From Meyerozyma guilliermondii (Eukaryota): a DNA stretch of 64,000 nucleotides. The position numbers were made by a program, and so were the translations under genes. This document shows, in pieces, positions 53,440 to 64,000 of this stretch. The DNA lies in the NCBI GenBank assembly GCA_051546255.1, contig CP128821.1, forward strand, positions 310,001 through 374,000, written 5' to 3'. Under the pieces are notes generated by a model. It saw only the letters and a list, made by a program, of their open reading frames with translations, made no database searches and was not told where the DNA came from. How positions within the stretch are numbered: the first letter of the stretch is position 1; the number at the start of each line of letters is the position of its first letter.

Positions 53440-53498
53440 CTATAGGAGTTGAGATAGTGTTACTTCTTAGTATATGGTGTATTGTATGTACATAATGA

Positions 53499-54554
53499 TT
53501 ACAGTATAACTTCGCATAGTATAGGACTATGGAACAGTTTGTGGTGGGAAGCCAGAACCAGGCGCCATCTTTTGCCATGGTAATTACGAACAAACCGACG
53601 GGCGTTCTGATGGTCTGCAAATCTGATGAGTGTTAAATGAATTTGGTTGACTGGGTCGAGTCGAATGGTGGTGAAACAATCATTGATGCTGGAAGGTTTA
53701 GCCAAGTCGTAGTCCCAAAGTAATTTTGGAAGTGCATGCGGAGAAAGGTCCATTGGAAGGTTTCGAACAAGAACTGAGCTATGTCTTGTCTTAGGGTCGA
53801 GGAATTTAAATAGAGGTTTGTGAGTAGGGTCCAAGTCCAGCAATTTGTAGCTTTCGGAATCTCGAACTATCGTGGAAGACGTCTCCTTGATTTCAGCTAA
53901 AAGCTTCTGCTTCTCTTTTGATGACAGGAATATCATATTGACTGGAGTCTTGGGTACCAGCTCATACATTATGGGTTTGTTTTTCAAGACATTATTGATG
54001 TTTGAGTCTAAAAATGGCGACAGCATGTACTTGAGCTCGGACTCTTTGGGTAAAACAAATTCAAGTTTCATATCGAAACCATTCACTACCTTATCTCTCG
54101 TCTCCATCCAATACACACACGCATGTTTATGGGACTCAAAAAGCAAGTAATATGACCCGCTGTGAAGTAAACTTAGGGGATTTCGTCCTTTTATAGCACT
54201 GAACGGAAGTCCATTACGACGCAAGTCTCCCACGAGATTATAGCGTCGTTCTCTGTTGATGGGAAAAAGATTGTAGAAATCATACTGGGATATTAATGAG
54301 TTGGGACACGTAAACTTGAGTATATTTGAGCGATTCTTTGTCAAAGTACCTTGAGGAAGATCCGCAACTGCTTGTTCGATTGGTTTTTGTTTCCATTCGT
54401 TTTCTGCTAAAGAGTCTAAAACTGACTTTTGGGGCACGTCGTCTTGTTGATATAAAACTTTCGTTACGATCGGTACCTTTGTTGCCACCTCCTTCAGCGT
54501 GGTGGTGTATAAAAGATTAAGTAGTCGATCAGATGCCTTTTTATCAATCTTCAT
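53499..54554 (-). CDS. PET54: Mitochondrial translational activator, Pet54-like
   Basis: KGRNP...GSYYLLF, C-terminal RRM-like VLVRNLP...LIRF...ARRFVRNYHG; convergent with HSV2 as recalled for S. cerevisiae PET54/HSV2. Confidence 0.65.
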   Translation of the reverse strand: MKIDKKASDRLLNLLYTTTLKEVATKVPIVTKVLYQQDDVPQKSVLDSLAENEWKQKPIEQAVADLPQGTLTKNRSNILKFTCPNSLISQYDFYNLFPINRERRYNLVGDLRRNGLPFSAIKGRNPLSLLHSGSYYLLFESHKHACVYWMETRDKVVNGFDMKLEFVLPKESELKYMLSPFLDSNINNVLKNKPIMYELVPKTPVNMIFLSSKEKQKLLAEIKETSSTIVRDSESYKLLDLDPTHKPLFKFLDPKTRHSSVLVRNLPMDLSPHALPKLLWDYDLAKPSSINDCFTTIRLDPVNQIHLTLIRFADHQNARRFVRNYHGKRWRLVLASHHKLFHSPILCEVIL

Positions 54555-55235
54555 TATATAGTTTGCAGCTCTCTGGTCAAATTAGTGTGGGTCAGCGGCC
54601 TATATGCAGTACGCCCATCATAAACCACAATTTCGTCATTTATATGAGACAATGGCTTTATATCCTTCCAGATACTTTTTCTCAATCTTGTTCTCCTACT
54701 AGAAACCAAAATCGGTTTTGAATCCTTTCTCCGTCCCTCGCTGCCTCGTTCCTCGTTCCCCACCGCAGGCTGCTCGTAAGCCCATACACCCATGTGGATG
54801 GTCAAAATTAGAGCGACCCTGGTGATTCCGAGTTTTGTCCCTTTCGCTGCTACCGTCTACGAGTCTTTGTAGAGCACATTTTTTCGTCGTTTTGTTTTAC
54901 AACGAGTGTTAAAATTGTGTAATTGGCTCAGGCGATACGAAATATTTGTCTTACGATTTGCAGTTTCAGGAGGCGTTTTCGTTTTGTATCCAGTGGTTAT
55001 ACAACCTTACAACTACAAGTGTGCGGTACAGAGCTTACCTTCTCATAGTCTTGAAACACTTCAGCCTGGCTATTTGCTGCCTTGAAATTTTTGGTTTATC
55101 TTCAGAATTTGTTCCGCTGTGGCATCGTTCTCCGCGGACCATTATCCATTTACTACAAGCCGAGAAGTACCTGACTTGACTTGAAAGATAACTTATAACC
55201 CTATTGGCTCTGTTTTTTTTTGAAGTTCTAGTTTA

Positions 55236-57521
55236 ATGCCATCGGAGACTATTTGGTCCAGCACTTCCAGCGGTGGAAACTACCGCTCTAGAATCGATAT
55301 GATCAACCCCGAGTTCTCCAAAATGTTCTCAGAAGATCCGTTCAGTGGTAATAGTGAAGCTCAGGGTAGACGGTTTTCCTTCAATGATGGTAGCGATATC
55401 GATGATTCCATTTTTGGTTTGAAACGAGGCTCTTTGTCTGCGGTAACAGCTCCCGCTGGTAACTCGAGAGACGTAATGCCGTCAGGTCCCAGACCTCCGT
55501 TTGGGACAGCTTCCATTAGCGGAGGTATTGCCAATAGGCACCCACCTCAAGAAAGCTTTTTGCAAAAATTCTCGTCTGTTGCTGATGCGACAAGAGATAT
55601 CGAGTTATCTAATGGATTGGGATCATTGGCACTTGGTTCTGAGTCTCGTAGAACCAGCTTCAATAGTGCAGCAGAAAAGCCCAGTGGTATTGGCTATCTT
55701 TCTACTCCACAAGGATCGATGAATGAGAATTTGAATTCACGTAATTCTAGACATCAGTCCATCAGTGACAAGATCGACAAATACAACAGTACCTCTCCAA
55801 TCCAGGGTGCTGCTTCCCTTTCGATCAATTCAGACCTAAATGGTGGAAGCAATTCTCCCAAACACCAACCCAACGAACAGAAACAAGGGCATAGTTTTTG
55901 GGACCCTGCTGGTGCAACATCGTTCACCCCAAGCAATGTTGGTCCTTTTGTTCCCAACAACTACAGCTACTTTATGGCTGATGGCGTTGGAATGCCTTTG
56001 CCTCCTTTTATGTACACGAGAGCCGCTATGGATGGTGCTCCTCCTGCTCCTTACATGGTACCTTCACCTCCTCCATTTATGGATTCTCAATTCTACGGTA
56101 TGATGAGACCACCTCAGGTACCCGTTGATAATGAAGAAGATGACTCGTCGAAAGAAAAGAGTCAAGAGACTCCGTCTAATGCTGAAGATGAACCTTCTAT
56201 TAGAGGTTCTCATGCTCCCGGAATCGGCTTGAATCGAGGCATTCCCACGAGCTTTCCTTACCCTTTCCATCCATACCCGTACCAGGCTTCACCTCCTCCT
56301 TTCACTCCTTCAGAAGTCAACCAGAAAGTAGAGGAGCGTCCGGCATCGACACCTTCTCAATCTTCAGGGAAGAGAAAAGGAGGGACACGGAATTTTTCTT
56401 CAGGTAAAGGCGGTAACCACATTTATAGGTCACCTCTTTTGGAAGAAGTTCGTTCCAATTCCAAGGGCAAGGAATACCATTTAAAAGATATCTATGGACA
56501 TGCGGTTGAGTTCACAAAGGATCAGCATGGTTCCAGGTTTATTCAACAGAAGCTTCCAACTGCCTCGAACGAGGAAAAAGAGGTTATTTTTAATGAGATT
56601 AGAGAGACATCTTATGAGTTGATGACGGATGTGTTTGGAAACTATGTGATACAGAAGTATTTTGAGTATGGTAACAACACTCAGAAACAGGTTCTTTTGA
56701 AGTTCATGATTGGTCACATCTATGAACTCTCACTCCAAATGTATGGGTGCCGAGTTGTGCAGCGTGCTTTGGAAGCAGTTGACTTGAAGGGCCAGATTCT
56801 GATCATTGACGAATTGAGGGATCATATCCTTGTTTGCGCCAAAGATCAGAACGGTAACCATGTGATTCAAAAGTCCATTGAAAAAATACCATTCTCTGAA
56901 ATCACCTTCATTATGGATTCGTTGGAAGATCAGATTTACCACTTGTCGACTCATCCCTATGGTTGCAGAGTTATTCAGAGATTATTGGAGTATGCAGATC
57001 CTAAGCGACAGCAAGAGATGCTAGATGAATTGAACCGTTTTATCTTCTACTTGATTCAAGATCAGTATGGTAACTATGTGATGCAGCACATCCTTGAGCG
57101 TGGTAGCAGCAAGGACAGGGAAGCTATTCTTGAAGTTGTATTAGGATCTGTGGTCAACTTCTCGAAGCACAAGTTTGCTTCAAATGTTATTGAAAAATGT
57201 ATAAAGTTTGGCACCGTGAAGCAAAAGAGAAGAATTCTTGATGAGGTGATGCTCGGTAACGAAGACCCTACAGTTGAAACCGTGAGCGATGAATCTCCCT
57301 TGGCATTAATGATGAAAGATCAGTATGCCAATTATGTGATACAAAAGCTTGTGGAGGGTTTTGACGCAAAGGGAGAAGAGAAGAGAATGCTCGTCATGAA
57401 ATTGAGACAATACTTGAAGCAAATTTCCTCCAAAAATACTTATGGCAAGCACCTCGCTTCCGTGGAGAAGATGATTGTAGTAGCCGAAACTGCTTTGATA
57501 GATGCCGATAATGATCCTTGA
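55236..57521 (+). CDS. PUF3: Pumilio RNA-binding protein Puf3
   Basis: RSPLLEE, eight PUF repeats (DQHGSRFIQ, DVFGNYVIQ, YGCRVVQ, DQNGNHVIQ, HPYGCRVIQ, DQYGNYVMQ, HKFASNVIE, DQYANYVIQ), HLASVEK. Confidence 0.93.
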   Translation: MPSETIWSSTSSGGNYRSRIDMINPEFSKMFSEDPFSGNSEAQGRRFSFNDGSDIDDSIFGLKRGSLSAVTAPAGNSRDVMPSGPRPPFGTASISGGIANRHPPQESFLQKFSSVADATRDIELSNGLGSLALGSESRRTSFNSAAEKPSGIGYLSTPQGSMNENLNSRNSRHQSISDKIDKYNSTSPIQGAASLSINSDLNGGSNSPKHQPNEQKQGHSFWDPAGATSFTPSNVGPFVPNNYSYFMADGVGMPLPPFMYTRAAMDGAPPAPYMVPSPPPFMDSQFYGMMRPPQVPVDNEEDDSSKEKSQETPSNAEDEPSIRGSHAPGIGLNRGIPTSFPYPFHPYPYQASPPPFTPSEVNQKVEERPASTPSQSSGKRKGGTRNFSSGKGGNHIYRSPLLEEVRSNSKGKEYHLKDIYGHAVEFTKDQHGSRFIQQKLPTASNEEKEVIFNEIRETSYELMTDVFGNYVIQKYFEYGNNTQKQVLLKFMIGHIYELSLQMYGCRVVQRALEAVDLKGQILIIDELRDHILVCAKDQNGNHVIQKSIEKIPFSEITFIMDSLEDQIYHLSTHPYGCRVIQRLLEYADPKRQQEMLDELNRFIFYLIQDQYGNYVMQHILERGSSKDREAILEVVLGSVVNFSKHKFASNVIEKCIKFGTVKQKRRILDEVMLGNEDPTVETVSDESPLALMMKDQYANYVIQKLVEGFDAKGEEKRMLVMKLRQYLKQISSKNTYGKHLASVEKMIVVAETALIDADNDP

Positions 57522-57648
57522 TGCTACGTTCATTACTAAGTTGTTTTTTATTGTTGTATATAGTGTGAATAGTTAGAATCAGAAAAGAGTATATATGATT
57601 GATTGAAATCAAGTAACAAATGTGTATATTTTAGTCATCATACATATA

Positions 57649-58764
57649 TCATATATCCAACGGGTGAAAAGATTCACCCAATTGTTTGGTGAAGGTAGTC
57701 CACAAGTCGGACGAGATTTCTTCCACTTGGGCGAAGTGTTCCAGATACAATTTCTTTACTTCTGGTGAACTTATCACCATTGAAGTGGGTCCTTTTTTGA
57801 CGATGAAGTCAAATAATGTAATTGTCTTTAGTAGACGGCTCTCCGAAATTGTCAAGATTTCAATATCGGTGAGTGTAGTTATTTTGGAGCAGTCTTGTTT
57901 TTTGACGGATCGAGCTAGTCCATCCTGATCCCAAGTACCGTCATCAGAAGAGTTGGAAGATGCAATGGTGAAGTTTGCGCTCCCATCACGATCGGAAAAA
58001 CGCAAGCTCTTCAGGATTTGATTAAGACTTAGCAACGAGGATGAGCTCACCGTTGACGAAACCGCCTCTCTTTGCTGGCCCTCGGCCTGGAAGAACTCGT
58101 TTAAATGGGACAAACTGGCTCCAATTGCACCACCCGGGTGTTTAATGGAAAACAACTTTTTGCGCTTGAGCAAATCGTCTTCCAATATTTCAGAGAGAGC
58201 CAACACAGTTGCATCGGCGAGAGCTAACGACAATGTGGTCGAAACGGTGGGTGCAGGCAACCCATGGATAGCTTCTTCGTTCAAGTGGGAAGGTAATTCT
58301 GCGTAGAGCAACGATTTGACCTGCGGTGACAGCGACAATTTGGACGACTTACTGCATGTCAAAAGGATTATAGGCACGGATTTCGGTATATGGGGCAACA
58401 AATTGATGAGTTCTGGGGTGTTTCCACTAGCAGTTATGAAGATTAAACAGTCACAATCACGTATTATTCCGAGGTCCCCATGCAACGCTTCTGACGGATG
58501 AAGAGAAGAAGCCTGGATTGAAAGCGAGTTGAGCGTCGCCACCATTTTGTTTCCTATTTTGAGGCTCTTTCCAATGCCACATATGACCAACTTCCCACCC
58601 TTCAACGTGGTTTGAAGCATCAACTCCAATGAGTTGAGCAAGTTGAGTTGGACATAGTTTGATGTTCTGTAAAGTTTTTCCAAATGGGACAACGCCTCGC
58701 TTTGAGAAGTAAGGGTGTTTGTTACTGACAAGAGAGCAGCCTTCGATAGACGTTCATACTCCAT
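57649..58764 (-). CDS. SIS-domain sugar-phosphate isomerase, KpsF/GutQ-like
   Basis: GKLVICGIGKS, LHPSEALHGDLG, ASGNTPEL, LPAPTVSTT, HPGGAIG. Confidence 0.85.
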   Translation of the reverse strand: MEYERLSKAALLSVTNTLTSQSEALSHLEKLYRTSNYVQLNLLNSLELMLQTTLKGGKLVICGIGKSLKIGNKMVATLNSLSIQASSLHPSEALHGDLGIIRDCDCLIFITASGNTPELINLLPHIPKSVPIILLTCSKSSKLSLSPQVKSLLYAELPSHLNEEAIHGLPAPTVSTTLSLALADATVLALSEILEDDLLKRKKLFSIKHPGGAIGASLSHLNEFFQAEGQQREAVSSTVSSSSLLSLNQILKSLRFSDRDGSANFTIASSNSSDDGTWDQDGLARSVKKQDCSKITTLTDIEILTISESRLLKTITLFDFIVKKGPTSMVISSPEVKKLYLEHFAQVEEISSDLWTTFTKQLGESFHPLDI

Positions 58765-59401
58765 ACTGTGATGAGCAATGATTCAATTCTGGCGATCAAG
58801 CTAGTGGTGTAAATTGAAGGTGATGGCTGCTGTTCAATATGACCCAAATGTACCCAGAAGCCTGATAGGTGGTTTATAAACTAATAGGTCAGCAATAGTC
58901 GGCTATAGCGTATACGGTTGTCTCGGTGTGTAGAAGTTATCTCCGCCACACTCGTTGAATTTTATTTTTTGGATTTCTTTTCGCAACCGAAGACGGATAA
59001 GGTTCAATGACAGGATCGGAGTCGGAATCCCAAATACGAGGTACACGATATTGTAGAACTATACCAGTAGCGCTACAGTCAGCAAGAGCCCGGTGTGAAA
59101 CCGCAACCTGAAAATACGCTAGACTTTTATCCTACAATAATCCACCGTACATGGCAAACTTCACGTGAGAAGCCGCAGGGCCCCACTATGACATGAATTA
59201 GTAATGTAGTGACGACATGCGGCTATGTACAGTCGAGTACAGTCGAGGTGTCTTGGAATCCAGAAAAGTGTTGAGGGAAGTTGTGTAGTTGGGTTGTAGT
59301 GTCTTCTGTGGTTCAACAGTTAATTTGTAGTGCCGAACATTTTTCATGAAAAATTAAGCTATGAGCTCATTGACTCGTGAGAACTCCGCACGCACGGCTG
59401 C

Positions 59402-62400
59402 TCACCGTGACTCAAGTTGCTGCAACAAGGAGTCGGCGGCAGAACCTGTCACAACGCCCGCTGGTTCTCTTCGAATCAGTTGCTGGGTTTCGAGCACTTT
59501 TTCTCGTAGTTTATCAATTTGATCGACTCTTCTGGCCCAGTTACTCACAAAGTGTTTCGGAGTTTGACTGTGCCATATGGTTGCGAATTGGTCTGCTATG
59601 ATCGCCAAGTTTCGAATGTACAGTGGTAATTGCTGTTCGGAAATGAGCTTGAAATGGCATGTCGCAAAGAGTCCAGGGACTCCAGAACGGCGGAATGTCT
59701 TTACCTTGTAGATGTTACGAGCTGGAACCTTGTTACTGCGCTGGATTTCATTGATATGGTTGGTGAACATCGAGGTGCTTTTTGTATGCGGCGAAATGAC
59801 AATGTTCAAAAAGTTGAATTGAGTCTTGATGATATTAAAGTTGAACTCCTTGCCAGACTCATCGAAAAAGATATTCACATAGTTGTTCCCAATATGTCTT
59901 TTTTTCAAGTCGTAGTACTTGTCTCCGTCGTTATTCTTCATTAGAGTCGTAACATGGAACACAATTTGTGTGATTTTATCGCTCCAGAATAATCCATATT
60001 CTCCATCACTTCCATTCTCTGTGTCGAGCCCGCCAACATAAACACGTTTATCGCAACCTTTGAGCTTGACAAACTCGCCAATGTTGTTTAAGAAGTCAAG
60101 ATACGCCCTGGACCCAACTTGGTTGCCCAAAACTTCATTTTCGTTCAGCTGCCGAGGTCCAACATACAAGATTCCAATCTTGTGGAATTCCACAGTTGGG
60201 ATCCTGTCAATGGTCAGAATCGCTCGCAGGCTAATATAGTCGTCTATCAAAGGCACGGGAGCACTGTTCTGGTCCATATTATCCAGAAACTGGGAGAGAA
60301 TGTGGGCCGCAGTAATGTAGGACTTTTCCCGACGGTCTTTCTGATCGATGTTTTCGATCATAAGTTTCAAACTTCGAACTCCACTACCGCTCCTAATAAT
60401 CATTCGTGACATTCCCGTGTTCAAATCAAGCAGCACAGAAACAATCCGTTGCCCAATTATCCAGGTTCTGGTTTCATACCCCTCATCATTAGAGGGTGCA
60501 AGCGTTAATAAAGCTGGATTCAATATCTTCAGAGAAACGTTGGAGTCAGCAAAGTAGTGAATAAAGTCAATAAACGACGCTGTTTGGTCATCCACGGGCT
60601 TGTCGCATTCTTCAGAGCACGCTTTCAAATTGTTGATTAAGTAGTTGGCGATTTTAGGCCGCTCTCTCAATCCCATTTTCAAAAACCAATTAGATATCAC
60701 ATCGTATGACATTGTTAGCAAATATTGTGCCAAAATCGGGGTGATACTGGTTGCCAGAGTCGAAGGAGTTTGCTCCACCTGAGCTTCAACTCCATGGGTT
60801 TGTATTCTTGAATTTTCATCAATTGTCAAACGACTTCTAAGGTCCCTCGCGAGCTGAATATATTTGAAAGCAATTCCAAAAACTCTCATGTACTCGTCAA
60901 TGGTGAAGTTGGAGGTGAGACTAGGGATGTGAATCAAGGACATCAAGAACTCTAAAGTGTGTGTACTTGCAAGTGCACTCGTAACTCTAGTTTGCAATTG
61001 AGTGAGTATCACCGAAAGAAACTTTTTGATGGAAAGAGGCACTTCATAGCAGCATATAGTCAAGATATGAATGCATGGAATTGCAGTTTTTTCCCAAGAT
61101 CCGAGACCTTGCACCAAAGAATTGACAATAGCGTCCTCTTCATATTTGGAAAATACATCGTGATACGCAAGTAGTGACAGTAAAGATCTTATGAATGCCA
61201 CTTGAAGATCACCCTTTGTCAAATCACGAGGAAGCGACAAACTCTTGGGAAGTTTGAGTTGTAATTGATCGCATGTAATGGCTCGCATTCTCATAATCTG
61301 TTCGCTACTCTTGTTGAGATCCAAGTTGGAAAGTTGTGTGCAAACGTGGGCCCAGAGAAAACTGTAGATTTCCCAATGGATATAATTCTCCAAGATATCT
61401 AGCACGACAGAAAACCATCTTGTAATATCAATGGTAGGGCTGCCATCTAGATGCAACAATTTGGTTGCTTCAGGATCGAAAAGTATCAAGTTGGAGGTAG
61501 GTTTATCAAGGTATTCAGCAGGAATAAAATCCACGTGTTCTGGGTAAACCCAAAGCATCGTGCTAGCGTCTTGAACCGTACCCTTGTCTTCCAAGTTCCT
61601 TTTCACGCTACTTGCAAGTCCGCCCATATCGCTTGGTTGCGTGAAGTAAATGAACCCCTCCACTGTAGCCCTTATTCTTATCAAGCAACGACTAACAAGA
61701 ACTAGAAGTTGGTAGTTTTCCTCTTCATAAGCATATTGCAAAATGTTCATCAATAATTCAAAAGCTTGTACCGCTTTGGCTCCATCACTTGAGCTGGTAA
61801 TGACGAGCACTCTGCTCATTGATTTTGCTAGTTCGGTGATCAATGGTGTTTTGTTGGTAGTCTCATTACTGAAGTATGATGAAGACGCAAAAGAACTTGA
61901 TGAGACAAGACTTCTAAATCGTTCCGTACGGCGCTTGACAGGGAACAATGGTAGGAACACAGAGCACAATTCCACAAACATGCTTGGCGTGCAGTCAAGA
62001 GCAAACGACGTGAAGAACGGTCCAAATAAATACGAGCGTACTTCTTCATCAGTTTCATCGAGCGACCTTTGAAACAAATGGAAGAAGCCCTCATAGTCAA
62101 TCGATTCGTGACCGAATATAGTACATGATTTTTTGAATGCTTCAAGTACTATTGATAATGCCTCGATTCTGCACTTGGAGTTTGAGCCGTTAAAGTAAAA
62201 ATGATTGAGCACTTTGGCTATGTTGTCCTTGTGAAATGGATTAGCCAGTAGACACAAGGAGTTATCTGAATAGTATTTTAAAACAAAGCTGACATTCGAG
62301 TCCAGAATGAGATTGTGTTTTTCCATGAAAAACTCAACAATTCTTTCTTTTGGACAGCTTATTTCGTGATCCTCGTATAACAGCTGTAATGAGATACACA

Positions 62401-63775
62401 TTGATTTCCAGTAACTTCTATCCTGTTCTGTAGTCACACGAATAACGCTCAAGAGGTCAAACAATGAATGAGTCTGAGAATGCCAAAAGTAAAAAGGAAA
62501 TGCCTTACCAACCACGGCGTGGTCAACGTTATTGATCAAAGGCTCAATCGGAGCCTTGGAGAAGATCCTGTCAAACATTCTTAGAATCGCAGTGTTAATT
62601 ACAGGGACTTGATGTGTCAAAGCCAGTTTCAAATTGTTGTAAAATTCCGAATGAAACGAGTCGATTCTTTCGTTGTCTTCAATGCAAGACGTCAAGGCAA
62701 TCAACTCTAGAATCAGAATGGCTCCTAAGCAAGAAGTCAAGGGTGAATCTCTCTTGATTGTCTTTGCTCCTCCACGGCTGTCACTTGAACGAAGCGAGTG
62801 GATATCAGGAATGTTTTGGTTTTTGAACTGTCTCAATTCGGGATTGTTAATGATGGTTAGAACATGGTATACCAATTGAATGGACATTGGTGTTGCGTAG
62901 ATGATGTGAATTGTGGACCATATGACTTTGTCTATGTCAGCGCTGATGTTGTAGCAAGAACATAGAACAGAAATCAAATTGGAAAAGACACTAGTGATTA
63001 CAGCACCGCTTTCCACTAGAGCCAAAATTGCCTTAATTGCCTCAAGAATTACCACATCAGCCACAGGTCCCAGGACACAAGTTAGTATATGTAAAAGTAA
63101 CGAGTTAATCGTGTTAGAGTCCAAGATGTGCCCATTGTACCGAAAACAGTTTTGGAGAAATTTTAGAGTTTCAAGAAGCTGTTCTGCTTCGGCACCTTCA
63201 GCACTGCGAGCCTTGTTAAAGTAAGCCAAAGATGCTTCAAAGAACCTTAAAAAGCTCTTGGATTCGTCGTAGACACAAAAGTCATTGACCTCTTTGCCCT
63301 CTCTTGTCAATGCTTTGAGAGCCTGGAGAAAAAGGTCATATTCTGGATCGAGTCTGGCATCAGTGGTAAGGCAGTATTTCATAAGGTCTTTGAGAAAAAC
63401 CAAGTTGTTGCTGACGAAATCGGCATCGTCTGCGTAGATGCACCGTATCATAAGACGAAGACCTGTTCGTCGTATGTGCAGTTGTACATTGGGGCCACAT
63501 AAATCTCGAACCATGTACCATATTTCTGGAATGGAAGAAATTGCAAATTCGTTCAAAGATTTGGCAATCTTCTCGGCAGCTGAAGCACGTTGAGGAAGGC
63601 TTCCCAGAGTCAATTCCTGAAACAACTGCTGTTGGTCTCGGCTTCCGCCAACGACCATGGGATTAATGTGGATGGGTTCATTTTTTATGGAGGTAGTTTT
63701 GAGTGATTTTGTGAGAGACTTGAAGACGTTTCCAAAACCAGAGGGTCTTCCGAACGACGGGTGGTATGTGGACAT
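59402..63775 (-). CDS. TSC2: Tuberin (Rheb GAP)
   Basis: DUF3384-like N-terminus, tuberin domain (HILTICCYEVP), Rap-GAP domain FHKIGILYVG...IVFHVTTLM...KKRHIGNNYVNIFF. Confidence 0.92.
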   Translation of the reverse strand: MSTYHPSFGRPSGFGNVFKSLTKSLKTTSIKNEPIHINPMVVGGSRDQQQLFQELTLGSLPQRASAAEKIAKSLNEFAISSIPEIWYMVRDLCGPNVQLHIRRTGLRLMIRCIYADDADFVSNNLVFLKDLMKYCLTTDARLDPEYDLFLQALKALTREGKEVNDFCVYDESKSFLRFFEASLAYFNKARSAEGAEAEQLLETLKFLQNCFRYNGHILDSNTINSLLLHILTCVLGPVADVVILEAIKAILALVESGAVITSVFSNLISVLCSCYNISADIDKVIWSTIHIIYATPMSIQLVYHVLTIINNPELRQFKNQNIPDIHSLRSSDSRGGAKTIKRDSPLTSCLGAILILELIALTSCIEDNERIDSFHSEFYNNLKLALTHQVPVINTAILRMFDRIFSKAPIEPLINNVDHAVVGKAFPFYFWHSQTHSLFDLLSVIRVTTEQDRSYWKSMCISLQLLYEDHEISCPKERIVEFFMEKHNLILDSNVSFVLKYYSDNSLCLLANPFHKDNIAKVLNHFYFNGSNSKCRIEALSIVLEAFKKSCTIFGHESIDYEGFFHLFQRSLDETDEEVRSYLFGPFFTSFALDCTPSMFVELCSVFLPLFPVKRRTERFRSLVSSSSFASSSYFSNETTNKTPLITELAKSMSRVLVITSSSDGAKAVQAFELLMNILQYAYEEENYQLLVLVSRCLIRIRATVEGFIYFTQPSDMGGLASSVKRNLEDKGTVQDASTMLWVYPEHVDFIPAEYLDKPTSNLILFDPEATKLLHLDGSPTIDITRWFSVVLDILENYIHWEIYSFLWAHVCTQLSNLDLNKSSEQIMRMRAITCDQLQLKLPKSLSLPRDLTKGDLQVAFIRSLLSLLAYHDVFSKYEEDAIVNSLVQGLGSWEKTAIPCIHILTICCYEVPLSIKKFLSVILTQLQTRVTSALASTHTLEFLMSLIHIPSLTSNFTIDEYMRVFGIAFKYIQLARDLRSRLTIDENSRIQTHGVEAQVEQTPSTLATSITPILAQYLLTMSYDVISNWFLKMGLRERPKIANYLINNLKACSEECDKPVDDQTASFIDFIHYFADSNVSLKILNPALLTLAPSNDEGYETRTWIIGQRIVSVLLDLNTGMSRMIIRSGSGVRSLKLMIENIDQKDRREKSYITAAHILSQFLDNMDQNSAPVPLIDDYISLRAILTIDRIPTVEFHKIGILYVGPRQLNENEVLGNQVGSRAYLDFLNNIGEFVKLKGCDKRVYVGGLDTENGSDGEYGLFWSDKITQIVFHVTTLMKNNDGDKYYDLKKRHIGNNYVNIFFDESGKEFNFNIIKTQFNFLNIVISPHTKSTSMFTNHINEIQRSNKVPARNIYKVKTFRRSGVPGLFATCHFKLISEQQLPLYIRNLAIIADQFATIWHSQTPKHFVSNWARRVDQIDKLREKVLETQQLIRREPAGVVTGSAADSLLQQLESR

Positions 63776-64000
63776 GTAATTTTAGGAAGGAATCCTCGAA
63801 TTTGTGTGAAACTTTGTGGGTTCTGTGGAGCTTCTGTGAGATGGAGTTTAAAAATAATTAGGCCCTCGCGCAGAAAAATATGGGGAAAATAAATGTGGGA
63901 AAAGTAATTAAGGGTCTATGCAATGAATTATAAAATGAATTATAAAGTGTGATTTCAAATGTGATTTCAAATGTTCAGCACCAGAAGCGATACGTCCTGT

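Noticed and set aside
59402..63775. TSC2 presence as a novelty
   Set aside because: Absent from S. cerevisiae but already known in CUG-clade yeasts

Overview
Gene-dense, intron-poor eukaryotic DNA from a CUG-Ser-clade budding yeast. CTG codons fall at positions where homologues usually have Ser; compactness and gene set suggest a Meyerozyma/Debaryomycetaceae species (inference). The window holds about 35 protein-coding genes, mostly conserved housekeeping genes (SRX1, a ferric reductase, FTH1, BUR1, ITR, CYT1, AIM29, CKA2, SLD7, MRPL10, EMI1, RHO3 with a 52-nt intron, GNT1, THO2, PZF1, GDB1, SRP72, MMSDH, SPC1, XKS1, LYS1, MAK11, CDC16, HSV2, PET54, PUF3, TSC2). It also has 4 tRNA genes: Thr-AGT, a tandem Asp-GTC/Gly-GCC pair and an intron-containing Arg-ACG. 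The most notable item is an orphan prepro-protein at 40672-41109 (signal peptide, acidic pro-region, Kex2 KR site, 33-aa cationic 6-Cys peptide), a candidate secreted antimicrobial/toxin peptide. Also of interest: SPC1 overlaps the xylulokinase start codon; an iron-gene pair carries four ATCWGATAA boxes and a 15-bp CCAAT-containing inverted repeat; a Hap4-like protein has an overlapping uORF; there is a KpsF-like isomerase and a probable decayed Zn-cluster transcription factor. No mobile element or CRISPR array was seen. Gene names come from motif recognition and recalled homologues, not database searches.
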